This document shows positions 8,281-15,725 of a stretch of DNA of 24,129 nt, piece by piece. The notes under the pieces were generated by a model. The model was given only the letters and a program-made list of their open reading frames with translations, was not told where the DNA came from and ran no database searches. Source of the stretch: Actinomycetota bacterium (GTDB taxonomy: Bacteria; Actinomycetota; Acidimicrobiia; Acidimicrobiales; VFJN01); assembly GCA_046744265.1 (NCBI GenBank), contig JBKPAS010000116.1, positions 1 through 24,129 on the forward strand. Reading direction: 5' to 3'. Position numbers and translations under genes: made by a program. Within the stretch, counting starts at the first letter, position 1. Every line of letters starts with the position of its first letter.

Positions 8281-8916
8281 TCACAGGAGTGACAGGACCA
8301 GCAGGATCTGGCCGGCGTGGTAGGCCACCATCACGGCGAGGTCCCCGCCGGGCCGGCGTTCGGACACGAAACGGCCCCAGCCGATCAGCGCGTCCGAGGC
8401 GTAGAACAGCAGGGCGCCGGCGACGGCGAGAGGGTTCCCGGTGCCCCAGGCGCACACCACCATCGCCGAGATGACGCCGACGTAGGCGACGACCGGCTTG
8501 CTGAGTCCGGGTTCCTTGGCCGCTACCCCGGCGACGAGGCGGCGGCCGACGGTGGCGCAGACGGCCGCGACCACCGCCAGCCCGACCACGACGTAGGCGG
8601 CGGACAGGCCCGCCAGCGTGAGGCCCACGACGTAGGCCACGTGCGCCAGCAGGAAGGCGCCGAGGCCGGGCAGGAACAGGTCGCTGGGGAGCATGAGGAA
8701 CACGTCGCCCGTCAGCGCGAGCACGAGCGCCGCCACGAACCAGGCCCGGACGGCGGGGTCGTCGGGTTGGAGCGCGAGTGCGGCCCCGATCAACAGCCCG
8801 AGCGTGAGGGGCTTGAACACGTACTCCAGGGCCTGGTCGCGCCGGTGGACCGCCAGCCAGTCGGCGGCCGCCGCGACGACGGTCGCGACGAGCAGCGCAG
8901 CCGCCGGCCCGGTCAT
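8281..8916 (-). CDS. Lysoplasmalogenase / YhhN-family membrane protein
   Basis: YVFKPL, GDVFLML, FLPGLGAFLLAHVAY, LFYASDALIG, YHAGQ; multi-TM; ATGA overlap with the kynU stop. Confidence 0.88.
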   Translation of the reverse strand: MTGPAAALLVATVVAAAADWLAVHRRDQALEYVFKPLTLGLLIGAALALQPDDPAVRAWFVAALVLALTGDVFLMLPSDLFLPGLGAFLLAHVAYVVGLTLAGLSAAYVVVGLAVVAAVCATVGRRLVAGVAAKEPGLSKPVVAYVGVISAMVVCAWGTGNPLAVAGALLFYASDALIGWGRFVSERRPGGDLAVMVAYHAGQILLVLSLL

Positions 8917-10127
8917 GGCCTCACGACCTCGTTCAGGACCTCGCCGAGGGCGGCGATCGCCGACTCGAGCTGGGCGTCCGAGAGATAAGGGGCGGGACCG
9001 AGGCGCAGATGGGGCCCGCGGCTGTCGGTGCTCACGCCGCGGGCCCGCAGCGCCTGCTGGAGGCGCCGGGCCTCGGGCGTGCGCAGGACGAGGAAGCCGC
9101 CGAACGCGGTCGGTGGGGTGGTCCGGTCGCGGGTGACGAGGTCGTCGGGCGCGTCGAGTGCGTCGAAGACCCGGGCCAACACGTCGAGCTGGTGGAGGTA
9201 CGACTGGCGCAGGAACGCCGGCGAGAGCCCGTGCTCGGCGAAGAAGCGGAATACCCGGGCGGCGCGGTAGTTGCTCGTCGGGTCGTAGGTGGCACCGGCG
9301 AAGCGCCAGGCTCCGGGGCGGTACGTGACCTGCTCGAGAGGCCGCTCGTCGTGTGCGTCGAGTGCGTCGAACTCGGCGAACCAGCCGGTGTCGACGGGCC
9401 GCATCCGGTCGGCGTGCGGGGGGAGGCGCAGGCAGCAGTTCCCCTCGCCGAGCTGCAGATACTTGTAGCCGCCGGCCACGATCCACGCCGAGGCGAGCCC
9501 CAGCTCGTGGATCGGCAGGGGGACCACGCCGAGTGCGTGGTAGGCGTCGACGAGCAGCTCGACGCCGCGCCGCCCGCACACCTCCACGAGCGAGCCGAGG
9601 TCCGGGACGATGCGTGAGGTCTCGAACAGCACGGCCGAGACCAGGACCGCGCTGGTCCGGTCGTCGACCGTGTCCGCCATGCGGGCGGCGAGCGTGTCCG
9701 CCGGGTCGGCGGGGACGCGCACGACCTCGACGCCGTCCTCGGCCAGGCGCGCGAGCTGTCGCCGCAGGCTGTGGAACTCGCCGTCGGACGTCACGAGCCG
9801 GCACCGCCGGCCGCGGAGATCCAGACACGAGAGGAACCGGGTCACCAGCTCGTGTGTGCTGGCCCCGAGGGCGATCTCGCCGCCGGGGTCTTGCAGGAGG
9901 CGCCGGTACCCCTCGCGGACCTCGTCGGCCTTGGCGAAGGCGCGGTCCCACTTGTCGTCGACCGCCGCCGCGGCGTCGTCGAAGGCCTCGATCTGGCCGG
10001 CGCGCGCCACGTCCGGCCACGCCTGGTGCGAGTGCCCGGTGAGCAGCAGCCGTTCGGCCACCCGGAACCGGGAGTAGTGCGGCGCCAGGGCGTTGGGCGT
10101 CGACCGGAGGTCGTCGAGGGCGATCAC
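8913..10127 (-). CDS. kynU: Kynureninase-like fold-type I PLP enzyme
   Basis: DAYH (PLP-binding Asp), GGYKYLQLGEG (Schiff-base Lys), GWFA, GATYDP, DSRG..LRLGPAPY. GTGA overlap with the TDO stop; adjacent to kynA. Confidence 0.82.
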   Translation of the reverse strand: MIALDDLRSTPNALAPHYSRFRVAERLLLTGHSHQAWPDVARAGQIEAFDDAAAAVDDKWDRAFAKADEVREGYRRLLQDPGGEIALGASTHELVTRFLSCLDLRGRRCRLVTSDGEFHSLRRQLARLAEDGVEVVRVPADPADTLAARMADTVDDRTSAVLVSAVLFETSRIVPDLGSLVEVCGRRGVELLVDAYHALGVVPLPIHELGLASAWIVAGGYKYLQLGEGNCCLRLPPHADRMRPVDTGWFAEFDALDAHDERPLEQVTYRPGAWRFAGATYDPTSNYRAARVFRFFAEHGLSPAFLRQSYLHQLDVLARVFDALDAPDDLVTRDRTTPPTAFGGFLVLRTPEARRLQQALRARGVSTDSRGPHLRLGPAPYLSDAQLESAIAALGEVLNEVVRP

Positions 10128-10921
10128 AGCCGGCTCCGCACGTCCCACAGGTCGGGGAAGACGGGGACCGACAGCGTCGTGCGCAGGTAGGCCGCGCCGG
10201 GCGAGCCGCCGGTGCCGGGCTTGTCGCCGATCGTGCGTTCGACCATCTTGACGTGCCGGTAGCGCCACTCCTGCACGCCCTCGTCGACGTCGACGAGGCG
10301 CTCGGCCACCTGGGCGGGCTCGCCGTCGTCGCGGTAGACGCGCAGCAGCACCTGCTGGACGTCGCTCGACGGTTCGATCGACAGCCGGACGTCCCGCGCC
10401 AGCGCCTCGGCCGGCACCTCGTAGCCCTGCGTCGCCAGGTAGCGGAGGAACGAGTCGAACAGCGACGGCCGGGCCATCGCCGCGGCGATGCGGTCGCGGG
10501 CCTCGCTGGGGTCCGGGTAGTGCCCGAGCACCCGGGGCTCACGCCGCCCGAGCACGGCTTCGAGCTCGCGGAACTGGGCAGATTGGAAGCCGCTCGCCGC
10601 CTCGAGCCGGTCCCGGAAGCCCCGGAACTGGCGCGGCGTCATCGTCTCGAGCACGTCGATCTGGGCGACGGCGACCTTGAGGATCGTGAGCACCCGGCGC
10701 AGCGTGTGCAGCACGTGCGGGGTGTCGCCGGCTTCGAGCCGGCGTTGGAGATGGCCCGCCTCGTGGAGCAGCTGCTTGAACCACAGCTCGTACACCTGGT
10801 GGATGACGATGAACAGCATCTCGTCGTGCTCGTCCGACCGCGGGCGCTGCGCACCGAGCACCTCGTCGAGCGCGAGGTACGACGTGTAGGTGAGGGCGGC
10901 GGGCCGACCCCGTTCGTTCAC
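10124..10921 (-). CDS. kynA: Tryptophan 2,3-dioxygenase
   Basis: LTYTSYLALD, HDEMLFIVIHQVYELWFK, FRDRLEAASGFQSAQFRELE, WRYRHVKMVERTIGDKPGTGGSPGAAYL. Start placed at GTG 10921. Confidence 0.95.
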   Translation of the reverse strand: MNERGRPAALTYTSYLALDEVLGAQRPRSDEHDEMLFIVIHQVYELWFKQLLHEAGHLQRRLEAGDTPHVLHTLRRVLTILKVAVAQIDVLETMTPRQFRGFRDRLEAASGFQSAQFRELEAVLGRREPRVLGHYPDPSEARDRIAAAMARPSLFDSFLRYLATQGYEVPAEALARDVRLSIEPSSDVQQVLLRVYRDDGEPAQVAERLVDVDEGVQEWRYRHVKMVERTIGDKPGTGGSPGAAYLRTTLSVPVFPDLWDVRSRL

Positions 10922-10956
10922 CGCGACCGACCCCGTGCCGGTGCCCGTGCCCGCAT
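10918..10956 (-). CDS. Possible leaderless 12-aa uORF (MRARAPARGRSR) overlapping the kynA start
   Basis: TAGGTT (10968-10963), 6 nt, ATG 10956; the TGA at 10920-10918 overlaps the kynA GTG (GTGA). Confidence 0.35.
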   Translation of the reverse strand: MRARAPARGRSR

Positions 10957-10962
10957 GCCCAC

Positions 10963-10977
10963 AACCTACGACTAGGT
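10963..10977 (-). promoter_or_regulatory. kyn operon -10 element overlapped by the palindrome ACCTA-CGAC-TAGGT
   Basis: TANNNT hexamer TAGGTT on the minus strand; 5-bp inverted repeat at 10964-10977. Confidence 0.45.
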
Positions 10978-11005
10978 CGGTCGGCCGGTTGCGGGCGGTG
11001 GCCTC

Positions 11006-11026
11006 TGGCCGTACATTGGCCGTACA
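11006..11026 (+). promoter_or_regulatory. TA promoter/operator: TGGCCGTACA x2 (11-bp period) containing -10 TACATT
   Basis: TGGCCGTACA at 11006-11015 and 11017-11026; TACATT at 11012-11017; SD GGAGGAG before ATG 11051. Confidence 0.55.
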
Positions 11027-11050
11027 CGTTGCGGCTGTGGAGGAGAGCCG

Positions 11051-11335
11051 ATGCCTGTGACCGAGACCCGCCGACGTAACCGTCGGTTGGAGCTTCGCAC
11101 GACACCCCACGAGCGCGAGCTCATCGACCGTGCCGTGGCGGCGAGCGGTACCGATCTCACCGAGTTCGTCGTGACGAGCGCCGTGCACGCGGCCCAGCGA
11201 GTGTTGGCCGATCGCGACGAGTTCGTCCTCGACGGCGACGCCCTCGAGGCGTGGGAGGCGATCAACTCGCGGCCCGCTCGCGACCTGCCCGGGCTCCGTC
11301 GCCTGATGGAGCGCCCGTCGCCGTTCGAGGAGTGA
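11051..11335 (+). CDS. DUF1778 (TacA/AtaR-like, RHH) antitoxin
   Basis: RRLELRTTPHERELIDRAVAASGTDLTEFVVTSAVHAAQRVLADR...RLMERPSPF; 94 aa, directly upstream of a GNAT. Confidence 0.9.
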   Translation: MPVTETRRRNRRLELRTTPHERELIDRAVAASGTDLTEFVVTSAVHAAQRVLADRDEFVLDGDALEAWEAINSRPARDLPGLRRLMERPSPFEE

Positions 11336-11850
11336 CCGGCAGCTACCGGCCGCCGGTCCTGCTCGCCGACGACCACGACGTCGCGAAGTTCGCGTGCCGG
11401 TCGGCCGAGCAGACCGAGTGGCTGCGCCGTCACGCCCGCCAGTCGGGCCGGGCGGGAACGACGAAGGTCTACGTCGTCACCGAGCCAGACAGCCCGGTCG
11501 CCATCGCCTACTACGCCTGGTGCATGGCCCAGCTCGTCGCCGCGGATGCGCCGGCCCGCCTGCTCAAGGGTGCCGGCCGGTACCCGCAACCGGTCGCGCT
11601 GCTCGCCCGGCTCGGCGTCGACACGCACCATGAGGGCCAGGGCCTCGGTGCGGGACTCCTCCAGGACGTGTTCGCCCGGTTGGTCTCGCTGTCGGACGAG
11701 ATCGGCTGTCGTGGACTGCTCGTCCACGCCGAGTCGGCGGAGGCTCGGGATTTCTACCTCCACCTCGTCCCCGAGTTCGAGCAGAGCCCAACCGACGACC
11801 TGCACCTGGTCCTCCTGACGAAGGACATCCGCCGGACGCTGGGGCGGTGA
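11332..11850 (+). CDS. GNAT-family toxin (TacT/AtaT-like, probable aminoacyl-tRNA acetyltransferase)
   Basis: FACR......WLRRHA, PVALLARLGVD, acetyl-CoA motif HEGQGLGAGLL, LLVHA..AEARDFY; GTGA overlap with the antitoxin stop. Confidence 0.9.
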   Translation: MTGSYRPPVLLADDHDVAKFACRSAEQTEWLRRHARQSGRAGTTKVYVVTEPDSPVAIAYYAWCMAQLVAADAPARLLKGAGRYPQPVALLARLGVDTHHEGQGLGAGLLQDVFARLVSLSDEIGCRGLLVHAESAEARDFYLHLVPEFEQSPTDDLHLVLLTKDIRRTLGR

Positions 11851-11958
11851 GGGCCGGCCCTGCTCGGATCAGTCGGGGCAGCACGAGCGGCGATGCCGTC
11901 GACGCCCTTTCGTGTCGAAGTGCCCGAGGGTGCGCTGAACGGGGGCTCGTTCTATGGG

Positions 11959-12069
11959 TCAGTAGCCGCCGCCTCCACCACCGCCCGAAGCGACGACGAG
12001 GATCACGGCCACCGCGACGATGGCTGCGACGGCGAACCAGAAGACTGGCGTACGGAGAACACGTTGCAT
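11959..12069 (-). CDS. 36-aa single-TM peptide ending in Gly7-Tyr
   Basis: MQRVLRTPVFWFAVAAIVAVAVILVVASGGGGGGGY; SD-like GAGGAAG 5 nt before the ATG. Confidence 0.6.
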   Translation of the reverse strand: MQRVLRTPVFWFAVAAIVAVAVILVVASGGGGGGGY

Positions 12070-12186
12070 GGGGGCTTCCTCTGCTTTCGCGGACCCGCCG
12101 GGCGGGTCACGGATCACGTGGACTACCTGCACCGGGCGCCGACCGGATCTCCTCCCGCGCTCGGCCATGCATAACTTCGCCGCGCG

Positions 12187-12402
12187 ATGCTCACGGTCAT
12201 GGGCGCTGGGGAGGCCTTCGAACCGTCGTCGCTTCCGACGAAGCGGGTCGCTTCGGGAGCGTTGATCAGGAACGCCGAGTTCGCTTCTGCTCGGGAGGTC
12301 GTGATCGGCGATCTTCTCTGGGTGCACTTCGTCGACTGTGCCCGACTCTCAGGCGACGGCATCATGTTCCTCTTCGACGGGGTGCGGTCGTGTTGGGGGT
12401 GA
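12187..12402 (+). pseudogene. NUDIX hydrolase remnant with the Nudix box deleted
   Basis: LPTKRVASGALIRN (N-terminal strand), isolated AREV, GDLL..HFVD and GDGIMFLFDG occur in the order expected for actinobacterial NUDIX proteins; the GX5EX7REUXEEXGU box is otherwise missing. Confidence 0.5.
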
Positions 12403-12511
12403 CCATCGTGCAGCCGTGGCGGCCGCGCTGGTTCTCGCTCGCGCCGGCGGCGCGAGTCGTCGTAGGGCCCTGACCGGGACTGGTCGGTGGCGGCCGACGT
12501 CACCCGCCACC

Positions 12512-12856
12512 GGTTTGGCGGTGGTGATCGGCCTCATCTACCTGAATCAGGTGCTGTTCACGGTCTACGTGCTCCGGGAGCACGACCGCGACCCTTCGTT
12601 CATCGCTCGTCACGTTCCCGACGGGTGGTTCACGCTCGCCCACGGCTCCGTGCTCGAATCGCTGGCCCGGCACTTCCCCGTCCCCGAGCTCGCCCTCTCG
12701 GGGACGATCACCCGAGACGGCACCCCCACCACGGGCGCCGTTCTCGTCGGCGACACGATGGTCGTGTTCAACGCCGCCGACTTACCCGACCCCGAGGCCG
12801 TCCTCGCGGTGCTCGGCCCGATCGACCCCGGGGAACAGATCCAGCACGTCCCCTGA
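12512..12856 (+). pseudogene. Chimeric remnant: membrane-protein fragment fused to an unrelated C-terminal fragment
   Basis: GLAVVIGLIYLNQVLFTVYVLREH..DPSFIAR..PDGWF.LA...LARHFP is a coding-like membrane segment with no proper start. It changes abruptly near 12694 to SGTITRDGTPTTGAVLVGDTMVVFNAADLP... Confidence 0.4.
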
Positions 12857-12919
12857 CTCGCCACCGCGGGGGCACTGTCAGGCCGCCGGCGCGGCGGCGC
12901 TCGGTCTACCTTCGGGGAG

Positions 12920-13504
12920 ATGGCCGGGCAGTGGCACTTCGACGCCGCCACCTACCTCTCGATGGTCCGCGCCGAGATCCCCGGTTACGACCAGCTCCAG
13001 GACCTGACCGCCGAGGCCACCGCTGACGTCGACGCAAGAATGATCTTGGACCTCGGTTCGGGCACCGGCCTGACCGCCACGTGCGTCCTGGCGCGCCACC
13101 CACGAGCGGAGCTCACCGGTGTCGACATGAGCCCGGACATGCTCGCCCACGCCAAACGCGCGGTTCCCGCGGCCACCTTCCTGGAGGGGCGTTTGGAGGA
13201 TCCGCTTCCGGCCGGACCCTTCGACCTCGTCGTCTCGGCGTTCGCAGTGCACCATCTGTCGGGTGACAAGAAGGCCGATCTGTTCAAGCGGGTCCTCGCC
13301 GCGCTGCGCCCTCGTGGTCGGTTCGTGCTCTGCGACGTGGTGGCTCCCACCGCGCCCGTGCCCGTGCCGGTACCCCTCGAACACGGCGTTGATCTGCCCG
13401 ACACCGTGGCCGCGCAGCTCGCCTGGCTGCACGACGCCGGCTTCACGGCTTCGGTGATCTACGAGAAGGGTGACCTGGCAGTTCTTCGCGCCGATCGTCC
13501 CTGA
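12920..13504 (+). CDS. Class I SAM-dependent methyltransferase
   Basis: ILDLGSGTG, TGVDMSPDML, FDLVVSAFAVHHL, LRPRGRFVLCDVV; TACCTT (12907-12912) lies 7 nt before the ATG (leaderless). Confidence 0.9.
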   Translation: MAGQWHFDAATYLSMVRAEIPGYDQLQDLTAEATADVDARMILDLGSGTGLTATCVLARHPRAELTGVDMSPDMLAHAKRAVPAATFLEGRLEDPLPAGPFDLVVSAFAVHHLSGDKKADLFKRVLAALRPRGRFVLCDVVAPTAPVPVPVPLEHGVDLPDTVAAQLAWLHDAGFTASVIYEKGDLAVLRADRP

Positions 13505-13507
13505 CCG

Positions 13508-13840
13508 TCAGCAGGCGTTCTGGGGTGATGCGCGGGCGCTTTGGGGTCGGTGTCCGCGATGACCGCCGAGTCGGTCGACCGTGGGCCATCCCAGCGAGTG
13601 GGCTCGCTTGGCGTCGTCGCGGTACGGCTCGCTCAGGAGCAGGAAAGACCCTGGCATCTGGCACCAGCCCTCGGGAACGTCGAAGGGTGACTCGAAGAAC
13701 GCGGGGGGATCTCCGGTGACGGCCGCGCCGCGGAGGTCCGGAACCGCGATCGCGTGCCCCGCCGCCACCAGCGAACCGCCAACCCATCGCCACGTCGTCG
13801 GCCCGACGAGCGGACTGTGGAAGAGCGTGGAACGCCGCAC
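13508..13840 (-). pseudogene. Alpha/beta-hydrolase remnant with a large in-frame internal deletion
   Basis: N-terminal HSPLVGPTTWRWV...GH...VPDLR joined near 13700 directly to C-terminal FESPFDVPEGW...FLLLSEPYRDDA...GWP...LGGH; no nucleophile elbow (GHS.G/A) present. Confidence 0.55.
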
Positions 13841-13872
13841 CCAGGGCCGATGCCGCCGGTAGGGTCAGCAGC

Positions 13873-14337
13873 ATGCTCAAGCAAGGGGACCCCGCGCCGG
13901 ACTTCACGCTGCTCGACCAGGACGGCGAGCCGTTCCACCTCGCCGAACGGGTCAAGGCCGGCAACGGGTGGCACCTCATCTACTTCTACCCGAAGGCCGA
14001 CACGCCCGGGTGCACGACCCAGGCGTGCGGTCTGCGTGACGTGCTGGGCGAGATCGGCGACACGGCCGTCGTCGGCATCAGTCCCGACCCGCCGGCCAAG
14101 CAGAAGCGGTTCGACGACAAGTACTCGCTGGGCTTCCCGCTGCTGTCCGACGAGGACCATGCGGTGGCCGAGGCCTACGGCGCCTGGGGCGAGAAGTCGA
14201 TGTACGGCAAGAAGTACTTCGGCGTGATCCGGTCGGCGTTCCTCGTCGACGAGAGCGGGGCGCTGGCCGAGGTGTGGCCGAAGATCAGCCCCAAGGACAC
14301 GCCGAAGAAGCTGCTCGGGGCCCTGGCCGCCAGGTAG
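13873..14337 (+). CDS. bcp: Thioredoxin-dependent thiol peroxidase (BCP/PrxQ)
   Basis: APDFTL.DQDG, YFYPKADTPGCTTQAC, GEKSMYGKKYFGVIRSAFLVD; TAGGGT (13860-13865) lies 7 nt before the ATG. Confidence 0.95.
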   Translation: MLKQGDPAPDFTLLDQDGEPFHLAERVKAGNGWHLIYFYPKADTPGCTTQACGLRDVLGEIGDTAVVGISPDPPAKQKRFDDKYSLGFPLLSDEDHAVAEAYGAWGEKSMYGKKYFGVIRSAFLVDESGALAEVWPKISPKDTPKKLLGALAAR

Positions 14338-14340
14338 CGA

Positions 14341-14367
14341 TCTCACGGTCGGCGCGCCTGCGACGTT
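14341..14367 (+). promoter_or_regulatory. Candidate autoregulatory ECF promoter
   Basis: TCTCACG (14341-14347), 16 nt, CGTT (14364-14367), 7 nt, GTG 14375. Confidence 0.4.
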
Positions 14368-14374
14368 GTCCGGG

Positions 14375-14845
14375 GTGGTGAAGCTCCCGCCATTCCAGGC
14401 TCTGCTCGACGAGCACGCCGCCGACGTGCACCGGTTCCTGGTTGCCGCGGTCGGGCCCCACGACGGGGCCGACTGCTTCCAGGAGACAGTCGTCTCGGCG
14501 CTGCGCGCCTACCCGAACCTGCGGAACGCCGACAACCTGCGGGGCTGGCTCTTCACGATCGCCCACCGCAAGGTCATCGACCTGGCCCGGCGCTCCGGCC
14601 GCCAGGCCGTGCCGGTGAGCGACCCGCCCGAGGTCGGTCACGTCGACCGCGACGTCACCGGCGACGACGAGCTGTGGGCCGCCGTACGCCGCCTGCCGCC
14701 CAAGCAGCGGTCGGCCGTCGTGCAGCGCTACCTGCTCGACCGCCCGTATGCCGAGGTCGCCGAGACGCTCGGGTGCAGCGAGGACGCCGCCCGCCAGAAC
14801 GTGCGGGCCGGCCTGCGTCGACTGCGAGAGGAGGTGCCGGCATGA
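14375..14845 (+). CDS. ECF sigma-70 factor (sigma2 + sigma4 only)
   Basis: DCFQETVVSALRAY, LRGWLFTIAHRKVIDLARR, LWAAVRRLPPKQRSAVVQRY, YAEVAETLGCSEDAARQNVRAGLRRLR. Start could be 14366, 14375 or 14378. Confidence 0.88.
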   Translation: MVKLPPFQALLDEHAADVHRFLVAAVGPHDGADCFQETVVSALRAYPNLRNADNLRGWLFTIAHRKVIDLARRSGRQAVPVSDPPEVGHVDRDVTGDDELWAAVRRLPPKQRSAVVQRYLLDRPYAEVAETLGCSEDAARQNVRAGLRRLREEVPA

Positions 14846-15591
14846 ACGAACCGCATGACGCCCACGGGGTGGACGAGCCCGACTCGCCGGGCGGCGCCGG
14901 CACCGAGGCCGGCAAGGACGCCGACGCCCTGCTCGCCGACCTGGGCCTCGCCCGGACCGACGGCATCGCCGGTTACGTCGTCGAGGGCCTGCGGCGGGGG
15001 CCGTCCGGCTCCGGCGACGCCGGGCGGGACGAGCTCGACGCGCTGATCGCCGCGGCCGCCGCCCGGGCCGATGCCGCCGATCTCGTGGACATCGCCTGGA
15101 CCGTGGCCGACACGCCGATCGGCCGCTTGACGCTCACGGCCACCGAGGTCGGGGTGCTGCGGATCTCGTTCGGCACCGAGGAGCACGTGCTCGACGAGCT
15201 CGCGGTCGAGGTGTCGCCCCGGGTGCTGCACCTGCCCTCGCGGCTCGACGACCTGCGCCGCCAGCTCGACGAGTACTTCGCCGGCCGGCGCCACCGGTTC
15301 GAGTTGCCGCTCGACCGGCGGCTGTCGCGGGGTTTCCGCGCCCGGGCGCTCGAGGCTCTTGCCGCCCACATCGGCTATGGCGAGACGGCCAGCTACAAGG
15401 ATGTCGCCACGCTGGTGGGCAACCCCAAGGCCACCCGGGCGGTCGGCACGGCCATGGCCACCAACCCGATCCCGATCGTCGTGCCCTGCCACCGGGTGCT
15501 GCGCTCGGGCGGCGCCCTCGGCAACTACGGCGGCGGCCCCGAGATCAAGGCCTGGTTGCTGCGCCACGAGGGCGCCCGCATCTTGCTCTGA
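14842..15591 (+). CDS. ogt: Methylated-DNA--protein-cysteine methyltransferase with an N-terminal extension
   Basis: DTPIGRL, QLDEYFAGRR..FELPLD, IGYGETASY, NPKATRAVGTAMATNPIPIVVPCHRV, YGGG.EIKAWLL.HEG; ATGA overlap with the ECF stop. Confidence 0.92.
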   Translation: MNEPHDAHGVDEPDSPGGAGTEAGKDADALLADLGLARTDGIAGYVVEGLRRGPSGSGDAGRDELDALIAAAAARADAADLVDIAWTVADTPIGRLTLTATEVGVLRISFGTEEHVLDELAVEVSPRVLHLPSRLDDLRRQLDEYFAGRRHRFELPLDRRLSRGFRARALEALAAHIGYGETASYKDVATLVGNPKATRAVGTAMATNPIPIVVPCHRVLRSGGALGNYGGGPEIKAWLLRHEGARILL

Positions 15592-15597
15592 GGGCCG

Positions 15598-15699
15598 CTA
15601 CCCGGCGAGGCCGAGCTCTCGCTCGGACTGCCTGAGCCGCCACTCGCGCACCACCGCCACGCCCACCCCGACAGCGACAACGATCATCAGTCGACGCAC
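15598..15699 (-). CDS. 33-aa small protein with an N-terminal hydrophobic helix
   Basis: MRRLMIVVAVGVGVAVVREWRLRQSERELGLAG; TAGCGT (15711-15706) lies 6 nt before the GTG (leaderless). Confidence 0.55.
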   Translation of the reverse strand: MRRLMIVVAVGVGVAVVREWRLRQSERELGLAG

Positions 15700-15725
15700 G
15701 AGGCCACGCTAGGCTCGAACGACTC

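Noticed and set aside
8281-10542. 753-aa ORF apparently fusing an unknown domain to YhhN
   Set aside because: The upstream part is an off-frame read of kynA/kynU; the real gene starts at ATG 8916.
10918-10956. uORF as a TnaC/TrpL-like tryptophan sensor
   Set aside because: It contains no Trp codon, and no attenuator structure is visible.
11051-13870. Integron or gene-cassette array
   Set aside because: Gene types fit, but I found no repeated attC-like or other recurring intergenic site, and no integrase is in the window.
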